From positions 186,001 to 250,000 of the forward strand of contig JAQGDQ010000072.1 of assembly GCA_030141605.1 (NCBI GenBank): 64,000 nucleotides of DNA, in the 5' to 3' direction. Below are positions 13,770 to 26,496 of this stretch, one piece after another. This stretch comes from Tubiluchus corallicola (Eukaryota; Animalia; Priapulida). The notes beneath the pieces were generated by a model. The model searched no databases. It was not told the origin of the DNA and was given only the letters and a program-made list of their open reading frames with translations. Both the position numbers and the translations under genes were made by a program. Numbering within the stretch: the stretch's first letter is position 1; every line of letters begins with the position of its first letter.

Positions 13770-15140
13770 GTAGCGAAGCTCCACTCATGATTCGATGCCA
13801 TATTCCCAATTTGTTGCCAAGCATCTAGGTCGTCAAAGATCATGGTTGAAATTTTCTTTGTCCATTTTATACACAACATTTTTCTTTATAGATGCTTTTG
13901 AAAAGCTTTGTTATAATTTTCTGGACAATTTTGTCTGAATTCAGAATTATACAGATACTGTACCACAAATGACATCAGAATAATGTACTTTAGCTTCTTT
14001 GTGAAATTCGGATTTCTGAAGACGTTTGTGAGCTTGGAATATGCAGTCAACGCTATTTTTTCTGTGTGGTACAAAATTACGCACACATTTTTGTTTTTTT
14101 TTTCACGAAGTATCACCACCACGCTGTGTTGTGTATTTTTTGTCTTGGAGTCATTTATCTTCAGATTGAAATCTCTCAGATTCGTTGTTGCATCCTTTTT
14201 CATAGCTTCCTGTTTCATCACTACTAATTGCTGCCTATGCAATATCGTCAGCATATTACATAGGATTTAATTTATATCTAGATTTGTGAATATACCATTT
14301 ACAAGCTGTACATGTGGAATTTAATTCTTTACATTTAAGGCAATTGCGAGATAAAATGTAAAGAGAACATGGCTTAGACAACCATACCATCACATTTGCT
14401 TGCGTAGATAAATTTTGCTGTAGTATATTAATCATTTGTTCAAGTACATTAGTTAGATGGCTTAGTAATAACTTTCCTCTTTACTGTATCAAACGCTTTG
14501 GATATAATCATGCAATAGGATATGAACAGAGTAATCGGTAATCGGTAGGTGAGATGGCTTTTTCGATAAGAATTTACGAGCGAGAATTAGTTCAGCTATG
14601 GCCTTACCTAATTGATGTGCAGCTTGGCTTTTAGGAATACAGCAGTGTAGTTTGTGGAAAATTCTGTTCAATAAGCAGATATTTTCTTTGTTTGTTTTCT
14701 AATCAGACTAAGTAGTACAAATGGCCTTAAACTTCCCAAAGGTTCTTGGGCTTTGCCTGGTTTCTGCAACGGGAGAAGAATACCTTTAAATATGTTTGCT
14801 GGGTACACACTGGTTTTAGCAATGTTATTTATTATGTCTGCAATTGCATAATGAAGCTTCGCGGTATCAAGCATCGATTTTATTATTTACTAATTTCGTC
14901 TGAAGTCGTAGCAGCAGGTAAAGTGTGTCCCAGTGTTCTTCAAAAAGTATTTTCAAGAAAATTCTGCTCTGTAATAACTGAATGTGAAACTGTTATACAT
15001 ATTTTGAATTACTACCAGGTACTAGTTACAGTCGTGTCAAGTTTTACAATACAACTTTGCCACATGCTAAAATCTTCTACAATTTACACTCTATTCTACC
15101 ATGCACTATGCATCATTAATTTGAATTTTAACGGTGTTTG
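13770..15140 (-). mobile_element. Degenerate RTE-like non-LTR retrotransposon RT region
   Basis: ILLPLQKPGKAQEPLGSLRPFVLLSLIRK (14668-14874), SQAA and decayed AFDT motif (14480-14671), KLTNVF...LYNSE (13886-14254). Confidence 0.75.
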
Positions 15141-15407
15141 AAAAATTCCTGGTGAACATTTTAAAGTATAATCTATATAAAAATTTTCCGGCATACAAGT
15201 GCATTGCATATAAGCAATGTGACAAAAACAGACTGAGAATCACAGCACAAAGCCGTGAATGGATAAAAATTTAAACTTTAATTTACAGATAATTTAATTA
15301 AAATTTAATCATGGATCATGAATTAATTATGTATACACTCGTAGGCTTATTGCTCTAATTGTTTTTATGAAATTCTTTGTTCATATTTAGGCGCTACACA
15401 AAAAATA

Positions 15408-15413
15408 TTGTTG

Positions 15414-15501
<88 letters not shown>

Positions 15502-15529
15502 TGCTGCTGTTGCTGCTGCTACTGTTACT

Positions 15530-15599
<70 letters not shown>

Positions 15600-15728
15600 G
15601 CTACTGCTACTGCTGCTGCTGCTGCTGCCGCTGCCGCTGCCGCTGCCGCTGCCGCTGCCGCTGCCGCTGCCGCTGCCGCTGCTGCTGCCGCCGCCGCCGC
15701 CACCACCACCACCACCACCACCACCACC

Positions 15729-15804
<76 letters not shown>

Positions 15805-15882
15805 TACTGTTACCGCCACCGCCACCGTCACCGCCACTACCACTAGCACTACTACTATTACTACTACTACTACAATTATTAT
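15408..15882. repeat. Compound trinucleotide microsatellite (TTG/TTA/CTA/CTG/CTGCCG/CCG/CCA/CTA)
   Basis: Directly visible; source of the poly-L/T/A, poly-I/Y/H and poly-V/A/N ORFs. Confidence 0.98.
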
Positions 15883-16681
15883 TTTGTAATATAATTATTT
15901 TGTATATATATATATATGTATTCTTTTATATATATTTAATAGTATATTATTAGTTATTGGGTACAAAAACATAACATACGGATTCCAGGTTAATCATCAC
16001 GTTACTGAAACGTTTAAGAAATCGTCTGTTGGCGTTTGTCTCTTTTCGCTCCACAATTTATAATAAATTACTACGTTTTTGAATCTGATCTGATCCCTGT
16101 TGAGAAGTGATTGGTATAAATCGAGTATTATAAACAACGCTAAGTAACATTCCAGGCTCTGCGCTTGCTTTTCCATTACATCCGTGTTCTCACACAGGCT
16201 TCTAGTTCCCGTAGCGCTTTGGTATTTGGCAGTCAGTACTGTGTCATTTCATAAAGAGCTAAATTAAGGCTTAAGTAATCTGTTTTGTGGCAATGTAAAT
16301 TTTTTTCACAGTTACTTTGTGGAGATTAATTATGTAACATTAACACTGCGCTCGTATTGTGAATGCAGAAATATATTTATTCAACAAGCAATAAAATCGT
16401 GATCTCTTAAGGACGGTGCCGACTCTTGATGACAAAAAGCTGCTTAGTAGAATGTCTTTAAACAGTAACAGGTTTATCTTGTAAAAGCGTGTGCGTTTTT
16501 ACATAACAGCCGGAGTTCCTCGAAGAATATCGTGGTTCCGTTATTTAGAGATTTCTCATAGTGCACTATGAATACGTTTTCATGAAATTATCAAAGCTTG
16601 TAAATGTTTGAACATTTTGTTAGGTATTTGATAAGTGTCAATATTATTTTTTATTTACAAAGAATCTTAGAATTTTGAAAC

Positions 16682-18946
16682 ATGAAGATTTTCCAAGGAA
16701 GCTTATTTTCCTATAGATTCATTTTGCTCCCTATTTATTGTTATCTCTTAACGCACTCAGTCACTGGTGAGTTGCTGGCACATGATGATGTTGCTGAATT
16801 GAAGAATTGCTCTTATAAATCCATTTTGGAAAATGGAAGCAGAGCCGTGGGATACAGGGATTCGTGCGAAAGCGTTCTTCTACCAAGTTTCACAATGAGG
16901 AATTGCTTTTGTGATCCAGATTGTTCGAGATATGACGATTGCTGTATTGACGCTGAAAAAATTCCTAGACGTCAATTACAAGCGTGGGAATGTCGTGATT
17001 TTGGTTTTTCCAGTTACGGAATTGGCGTTTACGTAAAAGCAACATGTGCTGACAGTTACTACAACCATAGCAGATTAGTAAACGCTTGCGGTCAGTACGA
17101 ACCAACGACAGATTTTGTAACCGCAACACCAGTATCCAGCGTAGTGACCGAAACCACCTACCAGAATATTTATTGCGCTGCATGCAATGGAGAAGATCCT
17201 CAATACCTGAAAATGTGGGTTCCGGAAATTGTTTGCTCGCCCGATGTGTGGGAAAGTAGTAACTTTAGCTCAACAAGCGAAATTTATGATGCAATTATCA
17301 ATCAAGGAAGGTACGACCAAAGAATGAAGCGTTGGTTCCTACCTGAGTTTGGAAGAAGAGCCAGCTGTGGATTAACTTTTGCAATACCCATAGGCTTAGA
17401 TAAAGCAGTTCGGTATTGCAGACCAAGTGTTTTCCAATGTCAGCCTGATTGGCCAGATGATTCGACAAAGAAGGCTTGCAGTTCATACACAGCTTATATT
17501 TATAAAATTCGTAGACCAGGAATTTATAAAAATGTTCATTGTGCTTTGTGCAATTCGCAATCTCTAAAATACTACAGCTGCCAGCAGACTTACACCAGAT
17601 ACTACGGCAGTGGGACTCGTGTGCCCTTCTCAATTTTAATAGACATAAATTATGCATCTGGTGGCGCTACTGTTGGTCAGATAAATAGGTGCAGTCCTGG
17701 AGAAATGTACGACCCGTTCCGCAATGGGTGTCGACTTGTAGAATGTGGACAGCTCTACGTCGAAGTAAACGGAATATGCCTAAAAATCTCAATTCCTGTG
17801 GAGGCAGTGATAGCAGAAAAAAATGCAACTAATAGCACATTAGATTCAGAGTGTAAAATGATTGAACTTTTTGATAACGAGTACAATTATACAGACAGTG
17901 GTGCCATACTTTTGTTTGAAAACTTTGTATATTTGAATCAGGGAGAATATGACCTTAGAAGTGACGGCAGTGTGTGGATATGCGCGCCGAATGAGACACT
18001 TTTTTTTAGATTTGACGAAATCCAGGGATACCTTTCTTTGGTAGGCCAAATAATTAGTATAATTTGCCTTGGTTTACATTTTATTGTTTACATTGTATTC
18101 CCTCAGCTGCGTAATATCCCTGGAAAAATACTAATAAGTTTGGTTGTTGCTCTTTTCACTGGACAACTTTTGTTTGTTATTGGCATTGACAGAACGGAGC
18201 CCGTTTCCCTCTGTACAGCCTTTGCCATTTTAATGCATTACTGCTTTCTGGCTGCTTTTTTCTGGATGAACGTGATGTCTGTAGATATCTGGAAGACTTT
18301 TGGTAGTACAAAGATTTATATAGGTGGTAATAAACACAAGAAATTTGTTGCTTACATGCTGTATGCATGGCTTCTCCCATTTGCAATAGTTACCATCGCG
18401 GGTTTCATCGATGTTCTTGGAGCTGAAAGTTCATACAAACCCCATTACGGAAACGGACTTTGTTGGATAACTAGACGACAAGCTCTTTTGGTATTTTTCG
18501 CTATTCCAGTTGCCATTATTATTATTATCAATATGATTCTCTTTATTCTCACTGCTAGAACAATGTGTTCCCATCAAAAGCAAGCCAAATTTGCTCGAGG
18601 TAAAGACGCTGACACTCAAAGATTTGCATTTTATGTCAAACTAGCTATCATCATGGGCATGACATGGATAACCGGTTACATTGCAACATTTGCAGAAGTT
18701 CCCGTTATGTGGTACATATTCATTGTCTTCAATACCCTCCAGGGGGCATTCATATTTGCCTCGTTTTCTTGTACAAATCACGTGGTAAAATTGGCCCGGG
18801 AGAAAGTTGGATTAACCCCAAGGCAGAGACCTAAAGATCTCACTACCACGCTGTCCAATAAAACTAGCACATCCAGTTTATTCTCACGTGGAATCAGCGT
18901 GGAGACTGTTACTCATATATACAGAGACGTTATGCATAAGCATTAA
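16682..18946 (+). CDS. Intronless-CDS G-protein-coupled receptor, Methuselah/secretin-like 7TM with N-terminal somatomedin-B-like domain and Cys-rich ectodomain (754 aa)
   Basis: Uninterrupted ORF; N-terminal signal peptide; SMB-like CFCDPDCSRYDDCCID; two YxNxxCAxCN Cys modules; seven hydrophobic helices with family-B-type motifs (LRNIPGK, C...AILMHYCFLAAFFWMNV, Y.LYAW..P, CWI, MGMTW, FNTLQGAFIF). No obvious GPS motif. Confidence 0.95.
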   Translation: MKIFQGSLFSYRFILLPIYCYLLTHSVTGELLAHDDVAELKNCSYKSILENGSRAVGYRDSCESVLLPSFTMRNCFCDPDCSRYDDCCIDAEKIPRRQLQAWECRDFGFSSYGIGVYVKATCADSYYNHSRLVNACGQYEPTTDFVTATPVSSVVTETTYQNIYCAACNGEDPQYLKMWVPEIVCSPDVWESSNFSSTSEIYDAIINQGRYDQRMKRWFLPEFGRRASCGLTFAIPIGLDKAVRYCRPSVFQCQPDWPDDSTKKACSSYTAYIYKIRRPGIYKNVHCALCNSQSLKYYSCQQTYTRYYGSGTRVPFSILIDINYASGGATVGQINRCSPGEMYDPFRNGCRLVECGQLYVEVNGICLKISIPVEAVIAEKNATNSTLDSECKMIELFDNEYNYTDSGAILLFENFVYLNQGEYDLRSDGSVWICAPNETLFFRFDEIQGYLSLVGQIISIICLGLHFIVYIVFPQLRNIPGKILISLVVALFTGQLLFVIGIDRTEPVSLCTAFAILMHYCFLAAFFWMNVMSVDIWKTFGSTKIYIGGNKHKKFVAYMLYAWLLPFAIVTIAGFIDVLGAESSYKPHYGNGLCWITRRQALLVFFAIPVAIIIIINMILFILTARTMCSHQKQAKFARGKDADTQRFAFYVKLAIIMGMTWITGYIATFAEVPVMWYIFIVFNTLQGAFIFASFSCTNHVVKLAREKVGLTPRQRPKDLTTTLSNKTSTSSLFSRGISVETVTHIYRDVMHKH

Positions 18947-19249
18947 TTTTTTACTACATTTTGTATATTATTATTACATATTGCGTTGTGGAGCTATACA
19001 ACCCAGATAAAACGTTCGGTAAAATTCACATTAAACATCACGAACAAACGGCCTACCTTCATATAAAAATAATTCATATTTGTCTTTTTAGTGTCTGCAT
19101 TGGAATCGGTATCAGGTTAGACTACTCCCCGACATTAAAAAAACAGGCTTTAAAACTGCGCAGGATTTGCGGTCTTTTATGATTTTATGCCTTTGACATG
19201 CAATGGGCGATCGGTTTAATATTTAGTTAACCCGACCCTGTAGCTCACC

Positions 19250-19400
19250 CTTTTGAGGCAGATTTGCTCATTTCTTCGTATTCGTATCGATAATTATTTG
19301 TCAGATGAATTTTCGTGTCATGCAGATGTACAGCAGGCATCTGCCCCCACAACGCTATTGTTTAGTATACATGTGTCAGACATGTTTAATGAAACTAAAG
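19250..19400 (+). mobile_element. Short decayed LINE RT fragment
   Basis: IRIDNYLSDEF....DVQQAS..PTTLLFSIHVSDM is a degraded GVPQGS..P.LF.I...D motif. Confidence 0.55.
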
Positions 19401-19833
19401 CAAACATAACTTATGTTACAGAAGTGTCTTTAAGTTTAAATTTGCTGACAACAGCACAATTTGTGTGTATGCAAACTCTACTAATGAATGTTATGAATGT
19501 TACGAATTATGAATATGAATATTATAAATTACGAATTATGAATGTTAATGAATACTAATGAATGTTATTATTACGAATTAGCTCAGTCTTCATGTGATAA
19601 ACGTCTCACGCATTTTTTAATTCAGTTTTTTTTAATTTTAACATTTTTTTATTCATGAACAATAATACAACCTGTGGTCATTCAATTTGACTCTTGCTCC
19701 TGTTGAGAGGACACGATTTTCTTGATGTCGGGGGTTGTGACTTTCTGTACTTTTTTTCTGCTTTTCTACATATTTTTTATTTTTATTTTTCCACCCATTT
19801 GTTCCCTCCCTGGAGATGGCTCATTCCCCCCCC

Positions 19834-19855
19834 GTTGAGAACCCCTGATCTAGAG
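19834..19855 (-). mobile_element. hAT (Charlie-type) terminal inverted repeat end
   Basis: Reverse complement CAGGGGTTCTCAAC (19847-19834) flanked by ATCTAGAG, matching the TCTAGA-centred target preference of Charlie-type hATs. Partner end not found. Confidence 0.5.
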
Positions 19856-20119
19856 AATGTACACTGATAAACATACAAATGTTTATTTCTACTAATATGC
19901 ATTTTTGTCTACTAATGGCTAATAGATAACTGAGATGTGTGCGAATTTATTTATTAATCCTGGAATTGAAGGGTTAAACTAGCAGATAAACTACAAACTT
20001 TGAACATTCCAAGTTACTGATGGGCAACGGCAGCCTGTTCGTTAGACACATTTTTAGAATGGTGAAATTTATAGCTAGTTAAATATTTCTCTTAATATTT
20101 CTCTTTCACTTTAATTCCT

Positions 20120-20760
20120 GTAAAAGATCTTTGTGCGATTTAAGTGTTACTATGTCCAATAATTTTAAATTTTAATGAGCATTGCCGTGAAATTGCTTTT
20201 AAAGCAAATTGTGTAACAAATATAATCTTTTATTGTTTTCAATTTAAAGACATTTTGCTTAAAGTTTTTAAATTTTACATTCGCTCCATTATGCAATATT
20301 GTACCGTCAGTATGGTGTCCCCACCTAATGACAGATGTCGACATTATTGAAAATGTTCAAAGATACCTCACTAGAAGATTGTACGCTAGGTGTGGATTTA
20401 TTGCTGTATCTTTCCCTAACAAACTTTTAACTTTGAATACATTGTGATTAGAAGAGAGAAAAATTCATTATGCTCTAAAAATGTGCCACGGTATTAATCA
20501 TCGCGAACATGACTTAGGATAGAAGTGAATTTTTTACTCATGCTCCGAGAATTTCTAGGGGTCATTATAACAGACTTTACGTAAATCGATAAGTGTAGTC
20601 AGTAGCACAACATCCGTTTGCCAATAGAGGTATCAAGTACTGAAATTCTCTTAATGAACATCCGAATGGGACTCCACTGGTAAATGCCGCCTCCAGTTAA
20701 TTAATGTCAAAAATTAATGAAAATAACTTTCAAACACATTTGTATTTTTGCAGACATATG
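20120..20760 (+). mobile_element. CR1-type LINE 3' fragment
   Basis: LNFNEHCREIAFKAN...LLKVFKFYIRSIMQYC then frameshifted VWCP....IENVQRYLTRR, L..LEERK, SRGH, FANR.IK.WNSL-like motifs. Confidence 0.8.
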
Positions 20761-21986
20761 TAAGCAGTGTCCATTTTAACTTGTCTAGTTTATGATTGTA
20801 CATTTTATTGTTTTATGCAGAATTAATTTTTATGCGTAAACGCCAGAAAGGAACATTACTAAACCTAATGATCATGCGTCGCAGCCGTGTCTTTCAATGT
20901 CCTGGATAGGGTTACCTCCTCTGTCATATTGCTTTTATTTAGTTTTTATATTAGAGATATGTTTAGTGAAATTTTGACACTATCATAAAAGTGCAGATGA
21001 CGCAGCGACTTGCTACGGACAATCTTTTCAATCTAAGCTACAAATTCGCAACATGAGAGATGCTGCAAGTGGTGGCAAACATTATACTGTTTCTCTGGAA
21101 AAAAATTAATACTCGATACCCGTTAATATCACGAAAAAGGATTAGAATCGATGACTGGCTAAATAAAAAACCAGAAACTGCTACAGAATACGACTGTAGT
21201 AGGGTACTACTATAAGAGCATAAGTATTACTGCATTGTTTAAATCTGCGTATCAGTAGCTCAGAAAAATAAGTTCTGTTAAGGTTATTTAAAGGGTAAAG
21301 TGATTTATTTTTACTACTATTCGCACTACTAATCATCTGTCCTTTGCACAGTGTGAAAGTACTAACAGAATATACTCGCTTTATTTTTTAACACGATCAA
21401 CCATTAAAATAGCTCATTCGTTAAATAAGCGCAAGAGTTTGAATTTCCAGAATACAGAAGTTTTTTTTGTAGAATTACTCGAAACGTTAAGTCTACCCAC
21501 TTTGAAATTGCACAAAATTTAAAGGTGAGTTTTCGGAGCTGCAATATTCACTATTTGGATATTATCTGCTTCACTGATATTGCCCTATTGCCCTATTGTA
21601 AACAGGGAACAAGATATGGAAGTGCCATCTGTTGGTCAAACCTGCTACCAAACTAAACGACATAGGTAATTTGTTAGTTTTTTGTCCAATTGATGGCGCC
21701 CCACTCTCTTCACTTTTAGTAAAAATAGTTTTCTTCAGTCAATTGAAACAACTGTTTATTTCACATTTTCATTGCACATTAATTTCATCATTTATATTTC
21801 AAGTCTATGATAATAAAAAAAACTTGCCGATTTTTATTTCAATCAACACTTCCTTGAAGTTCTTTCTACCTTTTTGAAAAAAAACTACAGTATTTGGAAT
21901 GACAACCCTTCTACGTGAGCGCAGCTGATTGGAATAATACTTCTGTTGAGAATGGCGTCTTCATTCTTGCCCTGGATAGTCTTGTG

Positions 21987-22008
21987 TTAAAATTTGAGAT
22001 ACGAGTTT
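21987..22008 (-). CDS. Candidate terminal coding exon of the elevenin precursor (adds ANSYLKF-stop)
   Basis: Pyrimidine tract plus AG acceptor (taatattttcag|), phase compatible with the phase-2 donor at 24677. Other acceptors (e.g. near 21094) or direct termination at the TAA overlapping the donor are equally possible. Confidence 0.3.
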
Positions 22009-22459
22009 CTGAAAATATTATCACATCAAATCGAATCAAGTCAAAAGAGTGAAATAACCAGAGAAGTTAGAAGCATTGAAACGTACAGGACGAAAAACTC
22101 ATTAAAGTAAAATAATATTTTTTTCAACTTAACGTTTTGAAAAAATGTCAGAGCAATTTAGAAAATTTTCGTGTAAACATTGTTTTTTCATATAAAGCTT
22201 ACAAAATTTGTTAAGTTTTTTTCATCTTAAAACAATAATAAGTTGTGGAAATCTCATAAATAGAACTTTACGTCTGGTGGCTAAATTAAAACCTAAAAAC
22301 CAAGCAACATCAAAAAATAAAATAAATAAACCTCAAACAAACGATCAAACAAACAAACAAACTTACGTACAAGCAGACAGACAGATAAACAGGCAGACAA
22401 ACCATACTCATCTAGCCTACCAAGCGATGTGGCAATAACGGCGAGTCTACTAAGAACAA

Positions 22460-23750
22460 TTGTTACATAACTAATGACTGCCCTGAACTTGATTTTAACA
22501 TTGAAGTAGATGACATTCTGCGTGCTATGAAGACGTTAATGCTGAATAAGTCATCGGGGTTTGATAGCTTAAATTCTGAGTATTTTGTGTATCCTGAAAT
22601 AAATATGATAGCTCATGTGTCTATTTTTTAATGCTTGTTTACGTCAAGTGCATTTACCATCTGCTGTTGCCGATTCTAAATTAGTTCCTATTATCAAATC
22701 TAAATTTGAAAAAGTTAATTCTGTTAACAACTATCGTCCTACTGCAATCTCTAGTCAGTCTAGTGTATTTTGCAAAATCTTTGAAAACATTTCGTTAGAT
22801 AAATACGAACAGTTACTATACAGCTGAAGCTGAATTTTGGTTCAAGAAAACTCTAGATACTGAAAAAGCTATTTATCTGTGCAGACAAATATTACGTACA
22901 TATGCAGATGCAAATATTCCAATTTATATCTGTATGTTCGATGCTAGTAAGGCATTTGACCAGTCAGTCATGATAATTATTTGTTCCGAAAATAGCAAGT
23001 GAGCGGCTCTCCTTATCTGTTATCTCCATTCTACGTATGTGGTACAAAAGCTAGTGAATATCTGTGAAATGGGGTAATAGAACCTCAGACTATTTTAAAG
23101 TGTCTAATGGTGTGCAATAGGATAGCGTTCTAGCTGCGTTTTTTCATTGTGAACTTGAAAGAATTGTTCTTAAAATTGAACTGTCTTCCTAGTTGCTTTG
23201 TAGGCAACATGAAAACCAAACACATTGTTTATGCAGGTGATTTAGCTTTACTTGCTACCTCTATTCTGGCACTACAGTTACTGTTAAAGCAGTATGAAAC
23301 TTTTGCAAATAATAGTAACATTATTTTTAATTCATTTAAATCAAAGTGTCTTCATGCTCCGCCAAAAAACCTGCGGCACGTGATACGAAGATATGAGCAC
23401 TTGAATAATGCTGTGATACCTGTTGTACCCCAGCCTAAATACCATGGCAATACTATCTGCAATGATGTGAAAGATAATGAAGATACAGTATTGTGAAACA
23501 AGCGCAATTCTTCTATGTCCGCATTAATACTTAATAAGGAAGTTTAGTGATTGTTCTGCTAATGTTAAATCCTTCCTCTTCAAAAGTTACTGCTCTTACC
23601 TTCTATTGTAATCCATTGTGGGTTAATTTTGACAAATATGTTCTAGAGAAATTTAGGGTGTCGTACAACAATATTATAAGAAAACCTTTTAAACTTAAAT
23701 ATGATTGTAGTGCATTTCAGATGTATGTAGAATTATTTCTTCCACATTTA

Positions 23751-23818
<68 letters not shown>

Positions 23819-23930
23819 ACATAAGTGTTACTGTAGTCTGTTTACCAGAATTGTACAAGCTGACAATACTCTGATGGCAAATAGTGCAAGCGATTCTGAT
23901 GTGCGGTATACTTTAAATTGTCTTTGTTTG
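22460..23930 (+). mobile_element. Degenerate non-LTR retrotransposon RT and C-terminus (Proto2/RTE-X-like; clade tentative)
   Basis: KLVPIIKSK....NNYRPTAI...CKIFE (22615-22827), FGFK..LDTEKAIY, ICMFDASKAFD, VSNGV, HIVYAGDLALLA (23149-23496), FRVSYNNIIRK (23547-23975). Confidence 0.85.
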
Positions 23931-24009
23931 TGGCCATTGAGGGTGTCATTCGTATTTGGCATGCTTAGTTTCTAATATTTTTTGCTGTTAAATGGATTTA
24001 ATAGTTTGT

Positions 24010-24015
<6 letters not shown>

Positions 24016-24060
<45 letters not shown>

Positions 24061-24072
24061 TGTGTGGGTGTG
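24016..24072. repeat. (TG)n/(TGCG)n microsatellite
   Basis: Directly visible. Confidence 0.95.
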
Positions 24073-24676
24073 TAGTAATTTCTCTTTTTAGTGTGTTACT
24101 TGCTGTCATTAAAACTAAAATAAATGATGAATTGAGTTGAATTGAATTTGATGATTAAACAATAAATCAATGCCCAAAATTCAAGTAATCATCCAAAATA
24201 CCAGCATGTATATGAGTTTACCAGCAATATGTCCACGTATTTACCAACGTTCAATCACCTAATCAAAGAAAACCGAAAAAACGTAATCCTATAACTAAAT
24301 TACCAATTAACCAGCCAAACAAGGTAAGTTGGACCAACGTATCAACAAGCAGACAAAGAAATCAACTGGTAAATAAACAAGTAACTGCTTAACAGCTATA
24401 AATAATCAAGTAATGAACACCCGAAGCAAGCTGTAAACCACCCACCTAACCAATTAACAGAATTTTCTAGGGGACATAACAATCTTACCGGCGATAAATT
24501 TCGCAAACTTTCAGCTAGTGCCCTTATAGCTGCCGCATTTTCTAAAAGCCTCCTACAAAACCGATAACAAATACGTTAAACATAGGTGTTGCAACCACAA
24601 TAAATTTTCATAATTGCAGAATTGCATGATAATATTATTATCACCGTCTATTACAAAAAGACAGTAGACAACTTAC

Positions 24677-24874
24677 GCTGTTTCGCCATCATTTGTGTTC
24701 TCTGATGAAATACTTCGTTTTGCAAAGATTCCCCTACATTTGGGAGCAAAAGGACGATTTTTGCAAACGTCTATGAGTGATGGACCTCTTTTACCATTTT
24801 CAGTGATGTCCACTCCCCGGGGAATGATCCGCCTGGTTGCAAACATAGCTCGACATCGTGTAGAAAATGGATAC
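24677..24874 (-). CDS. elevenin: Elevenin-family neuropeptide precursor, coding exon 2
   Basis: Acceptor atcttgtag|, donor GC|GTAAGT. Encodes (R)YPFSTRCRAMFAT-RR-IIPRGVDITENG-KR-GPSLIDVCKNRPFAPKCRGIFA-KR-SISSENTNDGETA. CKNRPFAPKCRGIFA matches the elevenin/L11/SNET-1 consensus C-x4-FAP-x-CRG-x-x-A between dibasic sites. Confidence 0.88.
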
Positions 24875-26496
24875 CTACAAGATGCGGACATTGTCGATAT
24901 TAAAAGGATTTTCATTCCCAGCGAATAGACAAATGCAATGCGTCTGCTGCAACCGTTGCTGTTTTAGAGAATGTTGGTGTTGCTGCTTATGTTGTTGCAA
25001 CTCTTGTATAAACTTAAAAGCGGGTTCGAAAAAGTCATTTAATGTTTTGGCAGTTGCAACACAGATCATTCGCTTTTAATTAAATTATAAAAGGGGAAGG
25101 TACGCTAGTTTTTTGTCAGCGTTTACTCAGCGTCTGCTAAAGCATTGTTTTGTTTTAATTCTTTGAATATTTCTGATTACAGTGAAGATGACAAACTTGA
25201 CACTTTCATTTAAATTTTAAAGTATTTAGAAATGCTCGCCTACTTTTGTGGAAGTCGTGCTTTTATTTGTTGCATTTTTATTACAGTAAAGATAGATAAA
25301 ACGATGCTTTATTTTACCACCATCACCGAGAAAAGGACGCTATTTATTGAAGACAAAATGATCAAGGCAGAGAATATTTGTTTGCTTGCGACATTGCGTT
25401 TCTGTCGCACCAGGTCATTTCTTATAACTTCAATGCGTTTATAATTTTTGGTTAACGTTGTTGTAGTGTTTTTATTTTTTAGGCATTTCTCAATGGCAGA
25501 AGAAGCTGCCGAAACGGCATAATTCTGGAAGTAAGATATGCTTTTGTGATGAAGTGTATAAATCTCTTTGCTATTGTTGTTTATTCTAAGACTTAGACTT
25601 CGTTCTATTGCTGACATTAACATATTGTGTTCCTTTGCGTTTCAAAATTTCCAATCCTTTTTCTGTGCTATATATTTTTGATGTAATAATTTTGTCTAAC
25701 AGATGCTCTAGCAGAATGGATTAATGTCACTAATTTTTCTAAAATAATTGTTACAAAGTTCCGAAGAATCCCATCATTATAATGAACACGGACGTGGCCT
25801 AACTCTAGTTTATATACTTCATTTAAATTTCTACAGAGGTCATTGTTTTTACGATTTTATTATGTGTTGTTACATGAATACAAGTGCAAAAACAAACTGT
25901 AAAAACAAACAGCTCTAAAAAAGAATTTAGGCAACATAATTATCATAACAACGTAATTAGAGAGATTACGGAAACTGAATTGTTTTAATTAGACTTTTGA
26001 AAACCGCGATAATTGTAAGAGTTTACCCCAACTAAAAAAAGCCTATCATAAGTGAGCCTATGACATGATCTAAGCCTAATAATGCAAATTTACAATGCCT
26101 TTTAATTCTCAAAAGAAGCTCCATAAGAGTATTCCGCAGTGTATGTTACGTATAGGTAGTCACAAGAATTATAGCCACAAGTCTTTGTTTTAAATGCTAT
26201 CGTCCATCAAAAAGGCTTCCTTTTGTCAAGCTCCTCTTTTCTATACATTAATTGGATTGCACATTGCGAATAACTCGAGAGTCTGTATTGTGTCGTGGTC
26301 ACATGTAATTGATCTAATGCTTATACGGTCCGTCTAACATGAGAAAAGGAAACTGTAATTAGTCCTAACAAAATGATGATGAAACAGTTAATAAATTAGC
26401 GTTTAATGTGATGACACCAACTTACAATTTACATTGAGCAATTCTGCATTTGTTTATCAGCAAATGAAAAGAGATTAATGACCATAATTCCAAGGT

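Noticed and set aside
15365-15953. Long homopolymeric ORFs (also 26429-26919, 37732-38062, 63342-63756, 11802-12121)
   Set aside because: Translations of microsatellite or low-complexity DNA.
24875-25623. Gln-rich ORF 24875-25069 and ORF 25309-25623 as extra precursor exons
   Set aside because: No peptide motifs or consistent splice phases; they lie within the inferred intron.
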